Assembly: GCA_026023565.1 (NCBI GenBank)
Contig: JAPETS010000029.1
Span: 186,001-250,000 of the forward strand
Direction: 5' to 3'
Length of the DNA: 64,000 nucleotides
Origin: Cirrosporium novae-zelandiae
Taxonomy: Eukaryota
Under the pieces are notes generated by a model. That model was not told where the DNA came from. It did not search any database and saw only the letters and a list, made by a program, of their open reading frames with translations. The position numbers and the translations under genes are program-made. Positions within the stretch are counted from its first letter, which is position 1, and each line of letters begins with the position of its first letter. This document shows positions 25,580 through 37,921 of the stretch, in pieces.

Positions 25580-27570
25580 TTCATGTGTGTTGCTCTACAG
25601 CATAAGCGACGAGTAAGGACTAGGACGACCACACGAGCATGGAAAAGAAAATATATCTGAGTTTTCGAACCTGGAAATGGAGATGGATGGATTGATTATC
25701 CTTTGTGGATGACTTTTCTAACCGTACTCCTCAGACCCAAGGTGCAACAGGGTGATAAGTCTATCATCCTCAGGCCACATCCCTTTCGATTCCATTAGTG
25801 GAAATTAGTGGACTCTTTCCCATGAAGGATACGACACGATATGACATGGAGTCCTAGAATGGCATAGAGGATAGGAGATAGCCTGGTCGCGCCTCATCAA
25901 TATCTGTTTGTATCCAAGGATAGGTTGATTGATTTTATCGATCCCTCCAAGCTGCTCTATCCAACCAAAGAAACAAATCCTCTTATCAGTGGATTATCCT
26001 TGATGATGTTGATGGCGAGAGTACCAGACAATCTTCCAGGCCTACCTTTGAGCCTAGTCTCCCTATCCCGAGGTCACATTCAGGAATCAACTATGGTCAT
26101 CAATAATGAACACCTTTATTTCATCTCCAACCCTCTCGATCCGCAAGGAGTCACCCACCACCTCCAAGCATACCTCCAAACCCATCATCACCATAAGTAC
26201 AAAACCCGTATATACCCACAAAGGAAAGCAAAGGCATGGAAAGGAGTTAATTTGGTGTACACACAGAATACAGGCATGGGGCACAATGGGTACGTGATGA
26301 CAAAATGTGACATAGAATAGGCGTTTATTTCAACCGTCCAAAGTTTACATATGTATATATATATCCATACATATGCATAAACCGATTGCACTGCAAGCCT
26401 TGGCTTCTTTTTTTATTTGAGTCTTTGTGTGTTCGTTGGTATGTCCGTGGATGATTCAAATGGCATTAGCACTTGATACTGGTATACAGCACAGTATTAC
26501 ACTACACAAAGGCGAGGAGAGGGGAGGGTTCAAAAAAAGGGGGGGTTCAAAGATAGAAAGTTCCGTGAGCGTATTTATAAGCAAGCAAACATAAAGAGAG
26601 CCAACAAAACACTATTACATTGCTACCATGTATGTATGTATCTCCTTAGTATATGATAAAAACATATACATAGAAAGAAAACACGCACACACACAAATAG
26701 ATGAAACAAAGAAAGCAAACACCAAAAATAAATAAAAAGCATAACTCGATTTAACTTCGTACAAAAGTATAATTAATTATGTATTCTTGATAATTACAGA
26801 ACAAACACAATGCCTATCTAACTAATTAGCTAATCTAATCAATCAATCACTCTTTCTTCAACTAGTCTGTTAAAATTTCTACCACATCAATTACCACCAC
26901 CACCTACCTCCGTACCTAGCTATAACTATATATCCTTTTTACTTTACTTCACCCCCACTCCAGTCCACATATCTTACACTCTGCACCCCCACCATCTTCA
27001 TCCTCACTAAAAACCCCAACAAACCTTCCAAAAGTTCAAAATAGCTCAAAACTCAAATCCGATCCCAAAAAGGCTTGATAAGTTTGTTTTCTAGATTAAA
27101 TCTATCCTTAGTTCATTAGTTGGTTGCTATCTAACCCCCCTCAGTCCCTCTTTATTTTCCCCTTTTATTATCATCATCATTGTTATTATTGCTATTACTA
27201 TCACTATCATAACACACTAGTACCAGTTATATCAATATATCAATAAATATATCCACCAAGGCCTCACGATCAATTCACGATTCACGATTCACTTATCGAT
27301 AAAAACCATCATAGCTAAATACTCAATCTCTTCCTCCCCAAACAAACAAAACCCCTCCTAGGTTACGAAAAAGAGGACAGGACCCTTTTGCTGGCTCTCC
27401 TTGCCCGTTCATTCCTTTTTCTAAGGAACAGATATAAAATCCTACAACTTAGGTCGCTGATAATAGTAGTTCCGGCTTGTGCTAAACGCGCTACGCAAGA
27501 ACCTCTATATTCGCGACTCCTTATAAGATGAACTCCTCAGTAACAATCTATTGCATATACCATACCCCAG

Positions 27571-27842
27571 CATGCGGGTCCCAAAATAAGCGGGGCTCAC
27601 AAGAAGAACACTGATACCAGTGTGACCAATCACTAGCGCTCTTGGGAATCGAACCCAGCCTGGTCTTTATGGTATCCGACATCACATTCATCTTTCTTTT
27701 CTTTTTATTATTATTTTTCCTGGGGAGGCCTTCAAACAAATTAAATTGTTACTTCAAACTGATTTTGTTTAAAGGCCTCCCCAGAAACATTTCTCTAATT
27801 CCACCTTTGGGTATGAGTCCTGCTTATTTTGGGACCCGCGTG
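27571..27842. mobile_element. Non-autonomous TIR element (MITE), 272 bp, ~30-bp TIRs, 5-bp TSD CCCAG
   Basis: Left end catgcgggtcccaaaataagcggggctcac; reverse complement of the right end cacgcgggtcccaaaataagcaggactcat (26/30 identical). CCCAG lies directly on both sides (27566-27570 and 27843-27847). A related copy starts at 46774. Confidence 0.85.
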
Positions 27843-28473
27843 CCCAGCTTGCATACACCAATTCTCTTCTCATACTTATCCTCCACCCCAAGACTACAAC
27901 TATAGTCTTACACTCCTAAAAGAAAGGTGATGACTCTCGTTTACAGGTTATTTTACCCCTCCCTCATGTAGTAATCACACTTCAGATGAGATTCATGATT
28001 AACATTGGGAAGCTACAGAGTTCTCAGAGTGCGATTGAACCGTAAAATCACAACTTTATTAGAGGAACGAAGTTCGGGTATCCAACCCCTAGTCAATGGT
28101 AATTGACTAAGATAGCAAGGTATAAGGTAATGCTGAAGGATCTATTGGTCCAATGATAGGATATTGAGGCTCAATATTATTCGGCAAAGAATTTGATGCC
28201 TAACTATGCCTAAAAATGTTTATCTGACCTATTATGATCCTTACATGATACCCCTACTAGCGAGCGCCATTGGTATCCAGTTTAGGGGATTTCCCCTGTA
28301 CTGAATAGCGGGGTAGAAGTGCACATGCCATGCTCTGTCCAGCCTGAATGTTTGATCCGAGCCGTGTATATAAAGCTATAGAGTTCCCCTAAGGGACCGT
28401 AGTCGATACACACTGATCTGCCCCCCTGTGCAGATATTCCTTTCTTCAAGCAACTCTGCCTTTTCTCTGGTGA

Positions 28474-31353
28474 ATGTCAATCTGTCACGGGTCGACAATG
28501 TTGAAGCAACAGCTTGTAATATTTGGTGGGGAATTATTGATGCCGGAGGAATTTGAATGTCTTGATAAACAGAGCCAAAGTGCCTGCTTACTTCGTTATG
28601 TAGAGCGAAGAGAGTACGAAGCGCTCAAAGCCATTTTAGGCGCGCGATACGGTTATAATTATGTTGAGATTTGGAGTGATGGCCAAGTCATACCCCGGTA
28701 TTTGCATATACGGCGTACTTTACTTCGTGTTGCTGCAAATGCTGGCTATGAGTCAATTGTACAGCTTCTTCTTGCTCGAAGCGCGGGCGTTGCTGGCTCT
28801 GGTGGAGAACTAGCCCTACAAGAAGCAGCAGCAAATGGACATCAATCGATTGTGAGAATGCTTTTAGATAGTGGAGCAAACGCCAATACGCCAGTTATTG
28901 AATTCGGTGGGAAAACAGCATTCCAAACAGCAATAGAGGGTGGTTACGATTCGATTGTGAAAACATTACTAGAGAGTGGAGCAGATATCAATATATTTGA
29001 TAAAAAATTAGCGTTACAAACAGCGATAAGAGATGGACATGAATCGATTGTGAAGCTACTGTTGGAAAATAAAGCAGAGGTTAAAGCAATGCTGGCGGCT
29101 CGATTTAATGATAAAACAGCGCTACAAGTAGCGGCAGAAAATGGGCATGAATTGATTGTGAAAATATTACTCGCCAATGGAGCAGATATCAACGCAGTTA
29201 ATAACACAACGCTACAGATAGCGGCAAAACGAGGACACGAGTCAATTGTGAAGCTCCTCCGACAACTAAGCAACTTCACTCATAATACTATTCTAGAGGT
29301 CTTTTGGGAGGGTCTAGAATTCTATCAACAATGTAACGGTGCTTTGGGCGATGTTCTTACTATAACAAGAACGCACCCTAAACGCCATTGCTACATTGCC
29401 AAGTTGGTATCAGCCTTTCTAGACGAATACTATCCCTCTTTCGGACAGCAGCTTCTGACTTGGATTACAACACTTTGTGAGAAAATTCAGAAGGAAAGAA
29501 ATGCTATAAGCAAGCAACCTGATCGTCCAAGATATAGCGAAACCAAGAGTATAAAACAATCCAATTTGGACTTTGCTAACCCGGATATCTTGCAACTTGA
29601 TTTGGGGGAGGAACTTGGAATTTTCATAACAGCCCTAGAGTGGAGCAATCAAAGACTGGAATTGACTATTTCTGCAACATCGGACAATTCACTCATGAAA
29701 GTAAAGTCTGCTCTTACCTGGATAACATCTACCTTCCAACCTCGTAAGGGCCAGGCAACAGGTCTCTTCAAAGCTGGCTGTACAAACACTAACGAGTCAA
29801 TTGGTCCACCAAATATGGCGCAATTTAGTCCTACTCCGTCCGATTCTTATTGCTGGACCAATTTGTTCAAGTACGCTTGTATCGCAGAATTACCACTAGA
29901 TATTACTCCTACAGGAGACACTGAAGGGCTTGAGATTGATTTCAATTCCCTCTTGAGTCTTGCTGATGTAGACCGTGAGGTGACAACGGGCGACGATTTA
30001 ATGCTATTTGGTTTTGACACAGCCTTGGTCCCCCTTGACTCCGCGGCGAGTAAACGTTGGCATTTTTTATGCACCGATGGTATACAGATCACACCTGCAC
30101 GTTTGCGCCGAAAAATTGAGGGGCAAGAAATACACCTAGGAGGGAAGAGAAGTTATGGATACTGTGAAGGGAACGTATATGTTGGCTGGTGCGGTAACCC
30201 TATGGTCAATATTGGTACAGAAACTCAAATCGCAGATCCAAAGTTCGTAGCAGATGTCTTTATGTCTTCTGGCATATCTGAACACAAGAGTCTTGAGGAG
30301 CGATCGGAGAGGAGTTCTGCCAAAGATCTTTCTACTCAAGGACGGATAGGGTTTATGGGATCTGCACTTAGCTTCGGGGGTGGAATGAAACGGGAGCAGA
30401 AGTTCAAACAGGTTTGTGTAGTTGCTGCTCATTCAAAACCTAAAAGCTTTGAGCGCATGTTGGATGTCGCGTGTGCGACTCCATGTATCCTGTGGGATAA
30501 CTCAACGCAGCAAGCCACGATGCTACCGGCCGTGTCAATCCTCCTTTTCGCGTCGCTTTGCTATATTAAGTCAAAGGAATACGCCTTCAAAAGGCAGCAA
30601 AATGACCAATTTGAAACAGCCACATTTGTTTTTGCACAGTGTTCAGTTAATACGAAGGAATCTGCACTCGGTTGTTTAAGGAAAAACTATGCGTTGCAGG
30701 TAGCATCAGCGGATGGACAAAATATTGATGAAGAAATATTTTTTCATCAGATTGTTGGAGATATTTGGGCAAAAATGTCGGTGGGAGAAGACATTTGTTC
30801 TAGCAGCACTACAGGAAAGATGCACGAAAAAAAAGAGGTTTTGTTTGGCTATGACTTGAAGGAAGCTATTTGCGGGACTAAAATGCAGCTCCGGTCAATG
30901 AAAATAACTCATTCTCTCAAAAGTTGGGAACCACTTGCTCGAGTAAAACCCGTGCAGGTAATATTCTGTCGACGAGTCGGCCCTATCATTTCTTGCGCCT
31001 CCCAAACTTGCTCTAGCGCTTATTATAAGCAACCGTTGGTTAAAGGTGTTCTGAGTTGTCTTCTACAGGACCTCAAACGCTTGTATGGTGAACGGTGGGA
31101 TTCGTCGCCGCGGCTTCCAATTGGGGATGGTTTTGAGTGGATTCCTCAGGGACCTGAAATTTTCCACCATTCCGACGATTCTTCAGATGGTTCATGTGGT
31201 TGCTGCCCAAATCTAGATTGCCTGCAATCAATCCGCAGAACACCTCGGAATGATAATACGGCCAGCACGATGCAAAATGATAGTGGGGAAGGACCTTGGC
31301 TTGAGAGGATAGCAGCGTTGAGATTTGGTTTCGTAAGTAGATTACCGCATTAG
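28474..31353 (+). CDS. Intronless ankyrin-repeat protein (6 repeats) fused to an uncharacterised ~650-aa fungal domain
   Basis: Six xAAxxGHxxIVxxLL repeats (about 28720-29260). The C-terminal region has CWTNLF, GLEIDF, LFGFDTALVP, WHFL and YVGWC motifs. 959 aa without interruption. Confidence 0.85.
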   Translation: MSICHGSTMLKQQLVIFGGELLMPEEFECLDKQSQSACLLRYVERREYEALKAILGARYGYNYVEIWSDGQVIPRYLHIRRTLLRVAANAGYESIVQLLLARSAGVAGSGGELALQEAAANGHQSIVRMLLDSGANANTPVIEFGGKTAFQTAIEGGYDSIVKTLLESGADINIFDKKLALQTAIRDGHESIVKLLLENKAEVKAMLAARFNDKTALQVAAENGHELIVKILLANGADINAVNNTTLQIAAKRGHESIVKLLRQLSNFTHNTILEVFWEGLEFYQQCNGALGDVLTITRTHPKRHCYIAKLVSAFLDEYYPSFGQQLLTWITTLCEKIQKERNAISKQPDRPRYSETKSIKQSNLDFANPDILQLDLGEELGIFITALEWSNQRLELTISATSDNSLMKVKSALTWITSTFQPRKGQATGLFKAGCTNTNESIGPPNMAQFSPTPSDSYCWTNLFKYACIAELPLDITPTGDTEGLEIDFNSLLSLADVDREVTTGDDLMLFGFDTALVPLDSAASKRWHFLCTDGIQITPARLRRKIEGQEIHLGGKRSYGYCEGNVYVGWCGNPMVNIGTETQIADPKFVADVFMSSGISEHKSLEERSERSSAKDLSTQGRIGFMGSALSFGGGMKREQKFKQVCVVAAHSKPKSFERMLDVACATPCILWDNSTQQATMLPAVSILLFASLCYIKSKEYAFKRQQNDQFETATFVFAQCSVNTKESALGCLRKNYALQVASADGQNIDEEIFFHQIVGDIWAKMSVGEDICSSSTTGKMHEKKEVLFGYDLKEAICGTKMQLRSMKITHSLKSWEPLARVKPVQVIFCRRVGPIISCASQTCSSAYYKQPLVKGVLSCLLQDLKRLYGERWDSSPRLPIGDGFEWIPQGPEIFHHSDDSSDGSCGCCPNLDCLQSIRRTPRNDNTASTMQNDSGEGPWLERIAALRFGFVSRLPH

Positions 31354-32174
31354 ACTTCAGAGATAACACTCTAACCAGGCTTAGAAATCTCAATCTCAAC
31401 CTCAACGTCGCCGTCTTGAAAAACGGCAGCGGTAGTCTCGGGGTGTACTCTAGTAGGGTAACTCTACTCATAAATACCCTTAAAGTTTATCCTCTTTCTT
31501 AAATTTTTCTTTTGATTAATTATATTTTTTGTATTATTAGGTGATTGACGGTCTATAGACGGACTAGACTGACTAGATTGAGGGGGTCGGCCTGGTCGGT
31601 TTGGTCTATTCACAACACTGGTTATAGGTAAGGATAAAGTAAGGTGAAGTAATGTAATATAAATTGTATATATATATATATGTGAGCATGAGCATGCCGT
31701 CCACCAGCCCGATACCCCCCAAACCAACCCAAACAAACAAACAAACAAACAAACTCACCACCCAACCACCGAACCAACCGATGTCCAATAATGGGGCTTG
31801 ATTTATTGTATCAACCATATCCAAATAATCATCATCACAAGAAGAAAAAGAAGACACCAAACCAAAAAAAACGCTATCTTTTTGCTTTTTTGTTCCCCTT
31901 TTCCTTCTCACTTGGTGGTCATGTTTGCTATCACGTGTATATGTGTATATGTAAGTAAAACATAATCCTAAATCTACCATACCTAGGTAACTTGTTTTTC
32001 ATGAATGAATGAATCGAACCGAACCGAAGAACACTAGTCCTAAAAATCAAAACCTCCCAAAACCAAAAAAAAAAAAAATCAAAAACTCCCCCGGACTAGA
32101 ACACTGGACTAGAGAATATGAATAAATAAATTAAGGGAAGAAGAAGAAGAAGAAGCAAAAAAAGATTTACTATG

Positions 32175-35100
32175 TTACAGAGGCATGGACATGGACACGG
32201 GTGATGATGATTCCACCTGAGAATTGAAAATTGGATCGTTGTTGTTGTCATTGGATTGGGCCATGAGTTCTTCGATTTTTGGGATTAGGTCTGGGATTCG
32301 GAAGGGTTTGGATACTACGTCGTCCTGTTTTGAATGGAAGATGAGGATAATTAGTTGGGAGGGTTTTATTTTTATTTTGTTTTTTTGGAGGGGGGGGGGG
32401 GGGATGGAAGAAAGAGAGAGAGAGAGAGTGAGAGGGAAAAAAAAGATCTCACCATTCCCGCTTCCATAGCCGTCTGAATCTGTCCGCTCCTAGCATTAGC
32501 TGTAACCGCAATAATAGGCACATGTCCCACCAACGTCCCATCCTTCTGCAGACTCCGTATTTTCCGTGCGCAGGTCAACCCATCCATAACCGGCATCTCC
32601 AGGTCCATGAGTATGACTCCCAGATCCAGGCCCTTTTCCTCGTTGCCCCTCCAGTACCTGCTCATTTCTAGCTTGTCGAGGGCTTCGCCACCGTGGTTGG
32701 CGACGTAGACCTCGCAGCCTAGTTTTCGAAGCTGTTTTTGGAGGACGCGTTGGTTGACGAGGTTGTCTTCGACGACGAGGATTGTGAGACCTTGACCGCA
32801 TTTTTGGGGGTAGTTGCTGGGGGTTGTTGAGATTGAGGGGTGGCGAGTTAACGATAGGGGGCTTTTGATTTCGTTGTTGTGAGGGATGGAGATTTTTCGG
32901 CTGTTATTATTGTTGTTGTTTGTATTGGTATTATTCGGAGGGAGACAGTCCGCTAGACCCTGCAGCGGTGTTCTTGTCTTTTTAGCTTTGATATAAAATG
33001 CAAAGGTACTCCCTTTTCCGGCCTCTGACGTGACCCCGATTTCGCCACCTTGGAGTTCAACTAGTTCTCTAGAAATAAAGAGACCGAGGCCAGATCCACC
33101 ATATTGCACATGTGTTCTAGGGCTTGCTTGGGAAAAACGCATGAATAGCATTTTCTTTTCATTGTCACTGAGACCGCGACCGGTGTCCTGAACAGAAAAG
33201 TGCAAGAATATCTCTTCACCATCACCCCAGTCGGATCCGTCAAAGCTTCCAGCTCGTTTGGATCGACTTGGGAAATATCTCACCATTGCATTCTCCATTT
33301 TCGAAGGTGGTTGTCGGAATGCATCCAAGGAAACTATAATGGTCCGCTGTTCTTGGGCACTTGTAAATTTAATAGCATTGGTTGTCAGGTTAATCAAAAC
33401 CTGAAGAAGCCGTGAGGGATCCAAACGAACCCAGTCGACTTTCAAGGCATGATAACCCTCGTCGACGTGAAATTTCAGCCTGATATCAGCATTTTGCAGT
33501 TCACCTTCAAACATCTTGAGTGCTCTTTGAACAACCGCCACAGGCTGTACATCCACGGGTGTCACCAACAGTAGCGCAGAATCCAATTTAGATAATGTCA
33601 AAACATCATCTACAATCCTTTTTTGATGCTGAGCGCACAAAGTAATTGTCTGAGCAGAGTCAATCGCACTTTCTACAGATTCAAAGTTGAGACGTATCCT
33701 GCTATTCTCGGCCTTGAACTCAATCAGCGAGGAAGTGATTTCATCTGCGCATTGAAGAACAGCGCTGAGAGGGTTTCTCATTTCATGACTTGTGATGTCG
33801 ATGAAATTTTCTTGCTGGCGTTTAAGTTCCACCGCTTCTTCTAGTCGGCGCTTTACAAAATCTTCTGCCCATTTTTGCTGGCTGATGTTGGTCATTGAGC
33901 CAAACACGCTCAGGAGATGTCCATCCTTTCCAATCTCTGGATATGCGGCAGTAAGAACCCAAGTATCCCCTTCGTGCCCATGGTGGTCTTTCCATGGAGT
34001 TCTGAATCGACATTCCATTGTTACGGGTATTTTATTCTCGATAACATTGCGCCATGATTCCTCAAGCTTTGGTTTGTCCTCCTCCTGGACTGACTCCATC
34101 CAATTTTCCACCGATTGGTCGTCTCGAGGATGACCAGTTATGTCATACCACATATCGTTGCAGTATATAATCCGACCATCGGAATTTGCAATAAACATTC
34201 CGACAGGGGCATATTCAGCCATCCGAGTGAATTTTCTCTCGCTAAGTTCGGCTTCCTGCGTACGGGCTGCTAATTGTTGAGATAATTCTATTCGATCGAG
34301 TGCGGCTAATTTTGCAGCCTGCTGACCGCGCTTGATCTCTTCTTCAAAGAGAACTACAGATGCCAGGGAAGTTGCTAATTGCCGACTAAGTAGCTGTATG
34401 AATAGCTGGTAGTCATCATCGTACGGCCTGCGAGGATTGATACCCATTACCAGAAACCCTAGTACTGATTCTCCGGTGGTTGGATGAATTGGACAAACGA
34501 CGACAGATGTACATGGGTCACCGAAGCCCCGCCATTCTATACCATCAAGAAGCTCTGCTTGCAGCGAGCCATCTTGGATTTGAAGTAATGTCGGTCGATC
34601 TGTTTTCATTGACTCTCGAAACGAGGTGGCAAACCCTTCCATGCCAGTTTTCAAATCAATTTGAGCAACAGCAGCGGGATGACCGTCGGGAACACCTAAG
34701 CTTCCTTCTAAAATGCACTGTTTCGTTCCTAGCATGCTGCTTGAATGTATTGATGATGTATCACTGTCCATATCATCAGATACCGAGTAAAGTAGGGCAA
34801 ATGGTGCATCGCGTGCATTATACTCTAAACCCCGTAGCACTTGGACCCAGAACCCCTTCAATTCTCTAGCAGAAGCTGTTTTCTCGCCAACTTCTCGTAA
34901 TGTGAGCATACGCCTTTCGGCAACTTTTCTCCTTGTCTTCTCAAAGGCAGGGTTATAGATTCCGACAACAGAACCATCATCGCCTACTAATGGAATTATA
35001 GACCAAGAGAAATAAGTCTCTTCAAGAAATCCATTCCTAGTAACAAAAAGGCAGTCATCATCCTTCATCGTGGCTTGACCTGTTGTCCTAGCACTACTAA

Positions 35101-36916
35101 AAACTTCCTTAACTTCATCCCATATTTCGGACCAGGCTTCCATGTAACTTTGTCCCATCAGCTTTGGATGCTTGTTGCCCGCTAGTAAAGTATATGCTTC
35201 ATTATAGATCGCAATCAGATCATCTCCCCAGTACATTGCTGCCGGATGGGGGCTAGCCATTATCATGTTGCATGTTCCACGGAGAGCATTAGACCACTCT
35301 TCCATAGGACCTAGACTAGTCGCAGCCCAGTTTCTACTTTTGGCGAACTGAATATGGGGTGGGAGAGATTCTGATGGTGGAAGACGTGTCCAGTCATAGA
35401 AACCTGAACCGGACAAGGGAGTATCACTCAACGTGGGACTAACTGCCCCAGATTCAAGATATTCTATCCTCAATTGACCCACCACCGAACTATTTGCTTC
35501 GTCAAAAAGTGGGGGCTCTGGAAGAGTCGGCGATGGAGCTAAATATCGCACAAACTGGTCTGGCTCCATTGGGTTGAAGACATCTCTTGGGGCTTGACAA
35601 TCAACTGACCCATCTTTTTCCAGATCGGTCATCGGTCTGCAAGAACCCGGCGGAGTAGTCGAGGCAGACTGTGGTACTGGAGCATCTCCAAAGTAGTCTG
35701 CCGGTTCTTCAGCTATTACCTCATCATACCGAAATTTCCCGATATTTTCTTCGTTTTCTTGATAGTTGGGATGCGGGGACAAGGTAGTAAGACCAGATGG
35801 TGATCGAAAAGTCACATTTGGAGAGCCATGGTTTCCACTAATTACACGAAACCGTTTCCGTAGAGTAGAAGCAGTCCAAGTAACTCCGGCAAAATGAAAT
35901 GTTGGCAAGATAGAGCTCATCGGTACATGGTTCTTAGCTAAATTCAAAACCCAGGTTTTGAAATCGGTAAATGCAGTTAGCTCGGGTGTATCGGTTGTGA
36001 ATTTTCCGCAAATTGCATCCACCACTTCAGTTCTACCACGAAATGCTGCATTGGCAAAGAGAACAGATAGCGTATCCTGTAAATATGAAACTGAATTGCT
36101 TAGGTCGACTACAAAGATGGGCCTCTCGTCACATTCTAGGAGCTCTATAGCCCCAATCTGGGACAAGACTGCACTTCCGGTACCTTTAGACATAGGATGA
36201 AGCCCATCTGGAGTTGAGGTTATGGAAAAACTCGACCTGGCAGAAGACCGTCTCCCTGAAGACCCCTGGAGAGAGCGTGGAGAGCTAGTGCTCGGATGTG
36301 TTCCTCGAGGTAACCTCACTGTTTTGATCCCCCCCGGGTCTTCGCCTCCTTGAGCTTTACTCAGCATTGTTGCGCCTGCCTCAGAACCTGAGTACCTTGC
36401 CGGTAGCATCGGTTTTGTTCGCGATGTATGCGAAAAAAACAATGGCGACGGAGGTTCTTTGTTATCGACAGGGCCCTGTCTGAAAGCAGAAAGATCCAAT
36501 GAATGTCTTAATGTTATGCGCTGATGAGATCTCCTTGCAGAGTTGGTATTCAAGGGATTGGAAGGCTTTTCAAAGGTTTCAGAGCGAGGTCGTTTCTTTT
36601 CAGGACCCTCGATAGTTTGTCGAGGACTTGGAGTTTGCGGGAGGGAGATTCTAGAGGATTCGTCGTGATCAATCCTCTGGAACGCACGTCGGTCGTCGAT
36701 ACATCCCGTCGAGTGGGGGAAGTGCCTCGATTCGAGGCAAAATATGGGATTTTGCTGCGATTCTGGCAATCCTACAGCAGAAGCTCGTCGAGGTCGTTTG
36801 CGAGAAGGCTGATGTGAAGAAGACCGTAGGACAGTATTTTGAAATGAATTTATGTCAGCGCAATCTTGCGAATTTATGCTCTTGGAATCCGTAAATATAG
36901 ACCTAGGGCTATTCAT
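32175..36916 (-). CDS. Hybrid sensor histidine kinase (PAS-like/GAF-like/PAS, HisKA, HATPase, REC; resembles group XI HHKs)
   Basis: H-box TSHEMRNPL, N-box QVLINLTTNAIKFT, DTGRG, GGSGLGL, receiver LVVEDN...LMDLEMPVMDG. Intron 32325-32452 restores AGM-DDVVSKPF; stop at 32175. Confidence 0.95.
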
Positions 36917-37543
36917 GGAGATGACCTAGTATTCAACAGGTAGGTATCTTGAGCTGAAATCAACAAGCGCAAATAATGCCAAAGGCCATTGATTCTGAAA
37001 TAATATGGTATCTCAAGCTATAAAGGACTCGACATGAGGTGCGCAAACGTTTCAATATAGTTTTATAAGGGGTAGAAAGAGGAGCAGAGAATTCTGGTTA
37101 CAGATGGTTGGGATGCTGATCGATATACTATGGGTCAAAAGAACCGATGGTAGTTTAGGTTCTGCAAGCTTATGGATGTAAGGATCTTGTTACAAAGGTT
37201 AGTGGAAGTGACGCAGCGATATACTTTCTGTAGCGTTTTGGGGGTTTGGGGGTTTTGGAACTTGAACAGAGGCATGAGAAGGACGGGAAGGGTTGCAAAT
37301 CAAACAACTGGAATGACGAAATAATAAAAAAATCATAATTACCAGCTAAGGCAAGTAATTTTTTTATATCCTTAAACATACATAGGGCTAGGATCTCTCT
37401 AAATCCTTAGTAGAGAGATTGAGTCCATCATGACAGCTATGTGGTTGCGGGGATTGGCCTCATTGATACACAATAGAATTGTGGCTGTTTTGTTTGAGTC
37501 TGGGCCTGGAATGAAGATGATAGTTTAATGATGGGTTATGATA

Positions 37544-37579
<36 letters not shown>
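37544..37579. repeat. (GAT)12 microsatellite
   Basis: Perfect trinucleotide run in the divergent intergenic region between the histidine kinase and Ted1-like genes. Confidence 0.9.
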
Positions 37580-37580
<1 letters not shown>

Positions 37581-37921
37581 TGAAAAAGCAATCAATCTAT
37601 TAAAATTCCACAGAAATACTGTGTAGTTCATAAGAGATGAATCATGTTTGTATTCTCCTCACTTCGTATTGATCTGCACCCAGGATCTGTCAAGCTTTGA
37701 CCAAATCTAAGTAATTAATGATTATTGTTCCAGGTTCCTTCGTTCCAGACCCCGAAGATCTACCAGGATTCAGTGGCCAGTCAGCTGTGGTCCCTGAAAC
37801 GTTTATTGTCAGACTGTCAACAACCGCAATATTATAATTACTTTGCCTATTGATAGATATCTTTACCAAAAGAAAGAAAGAAAGAAAGAAAAAGAAAAAA
37901 AATTATGATGCCAACGTCTTC

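Noticed and set aside
27630..27700. Complete tRNA gene
   Set aside because: Only a T-arm/B-box and a 3' segment are present; no D-arm, A-box or complementary 5' acceptor strand.
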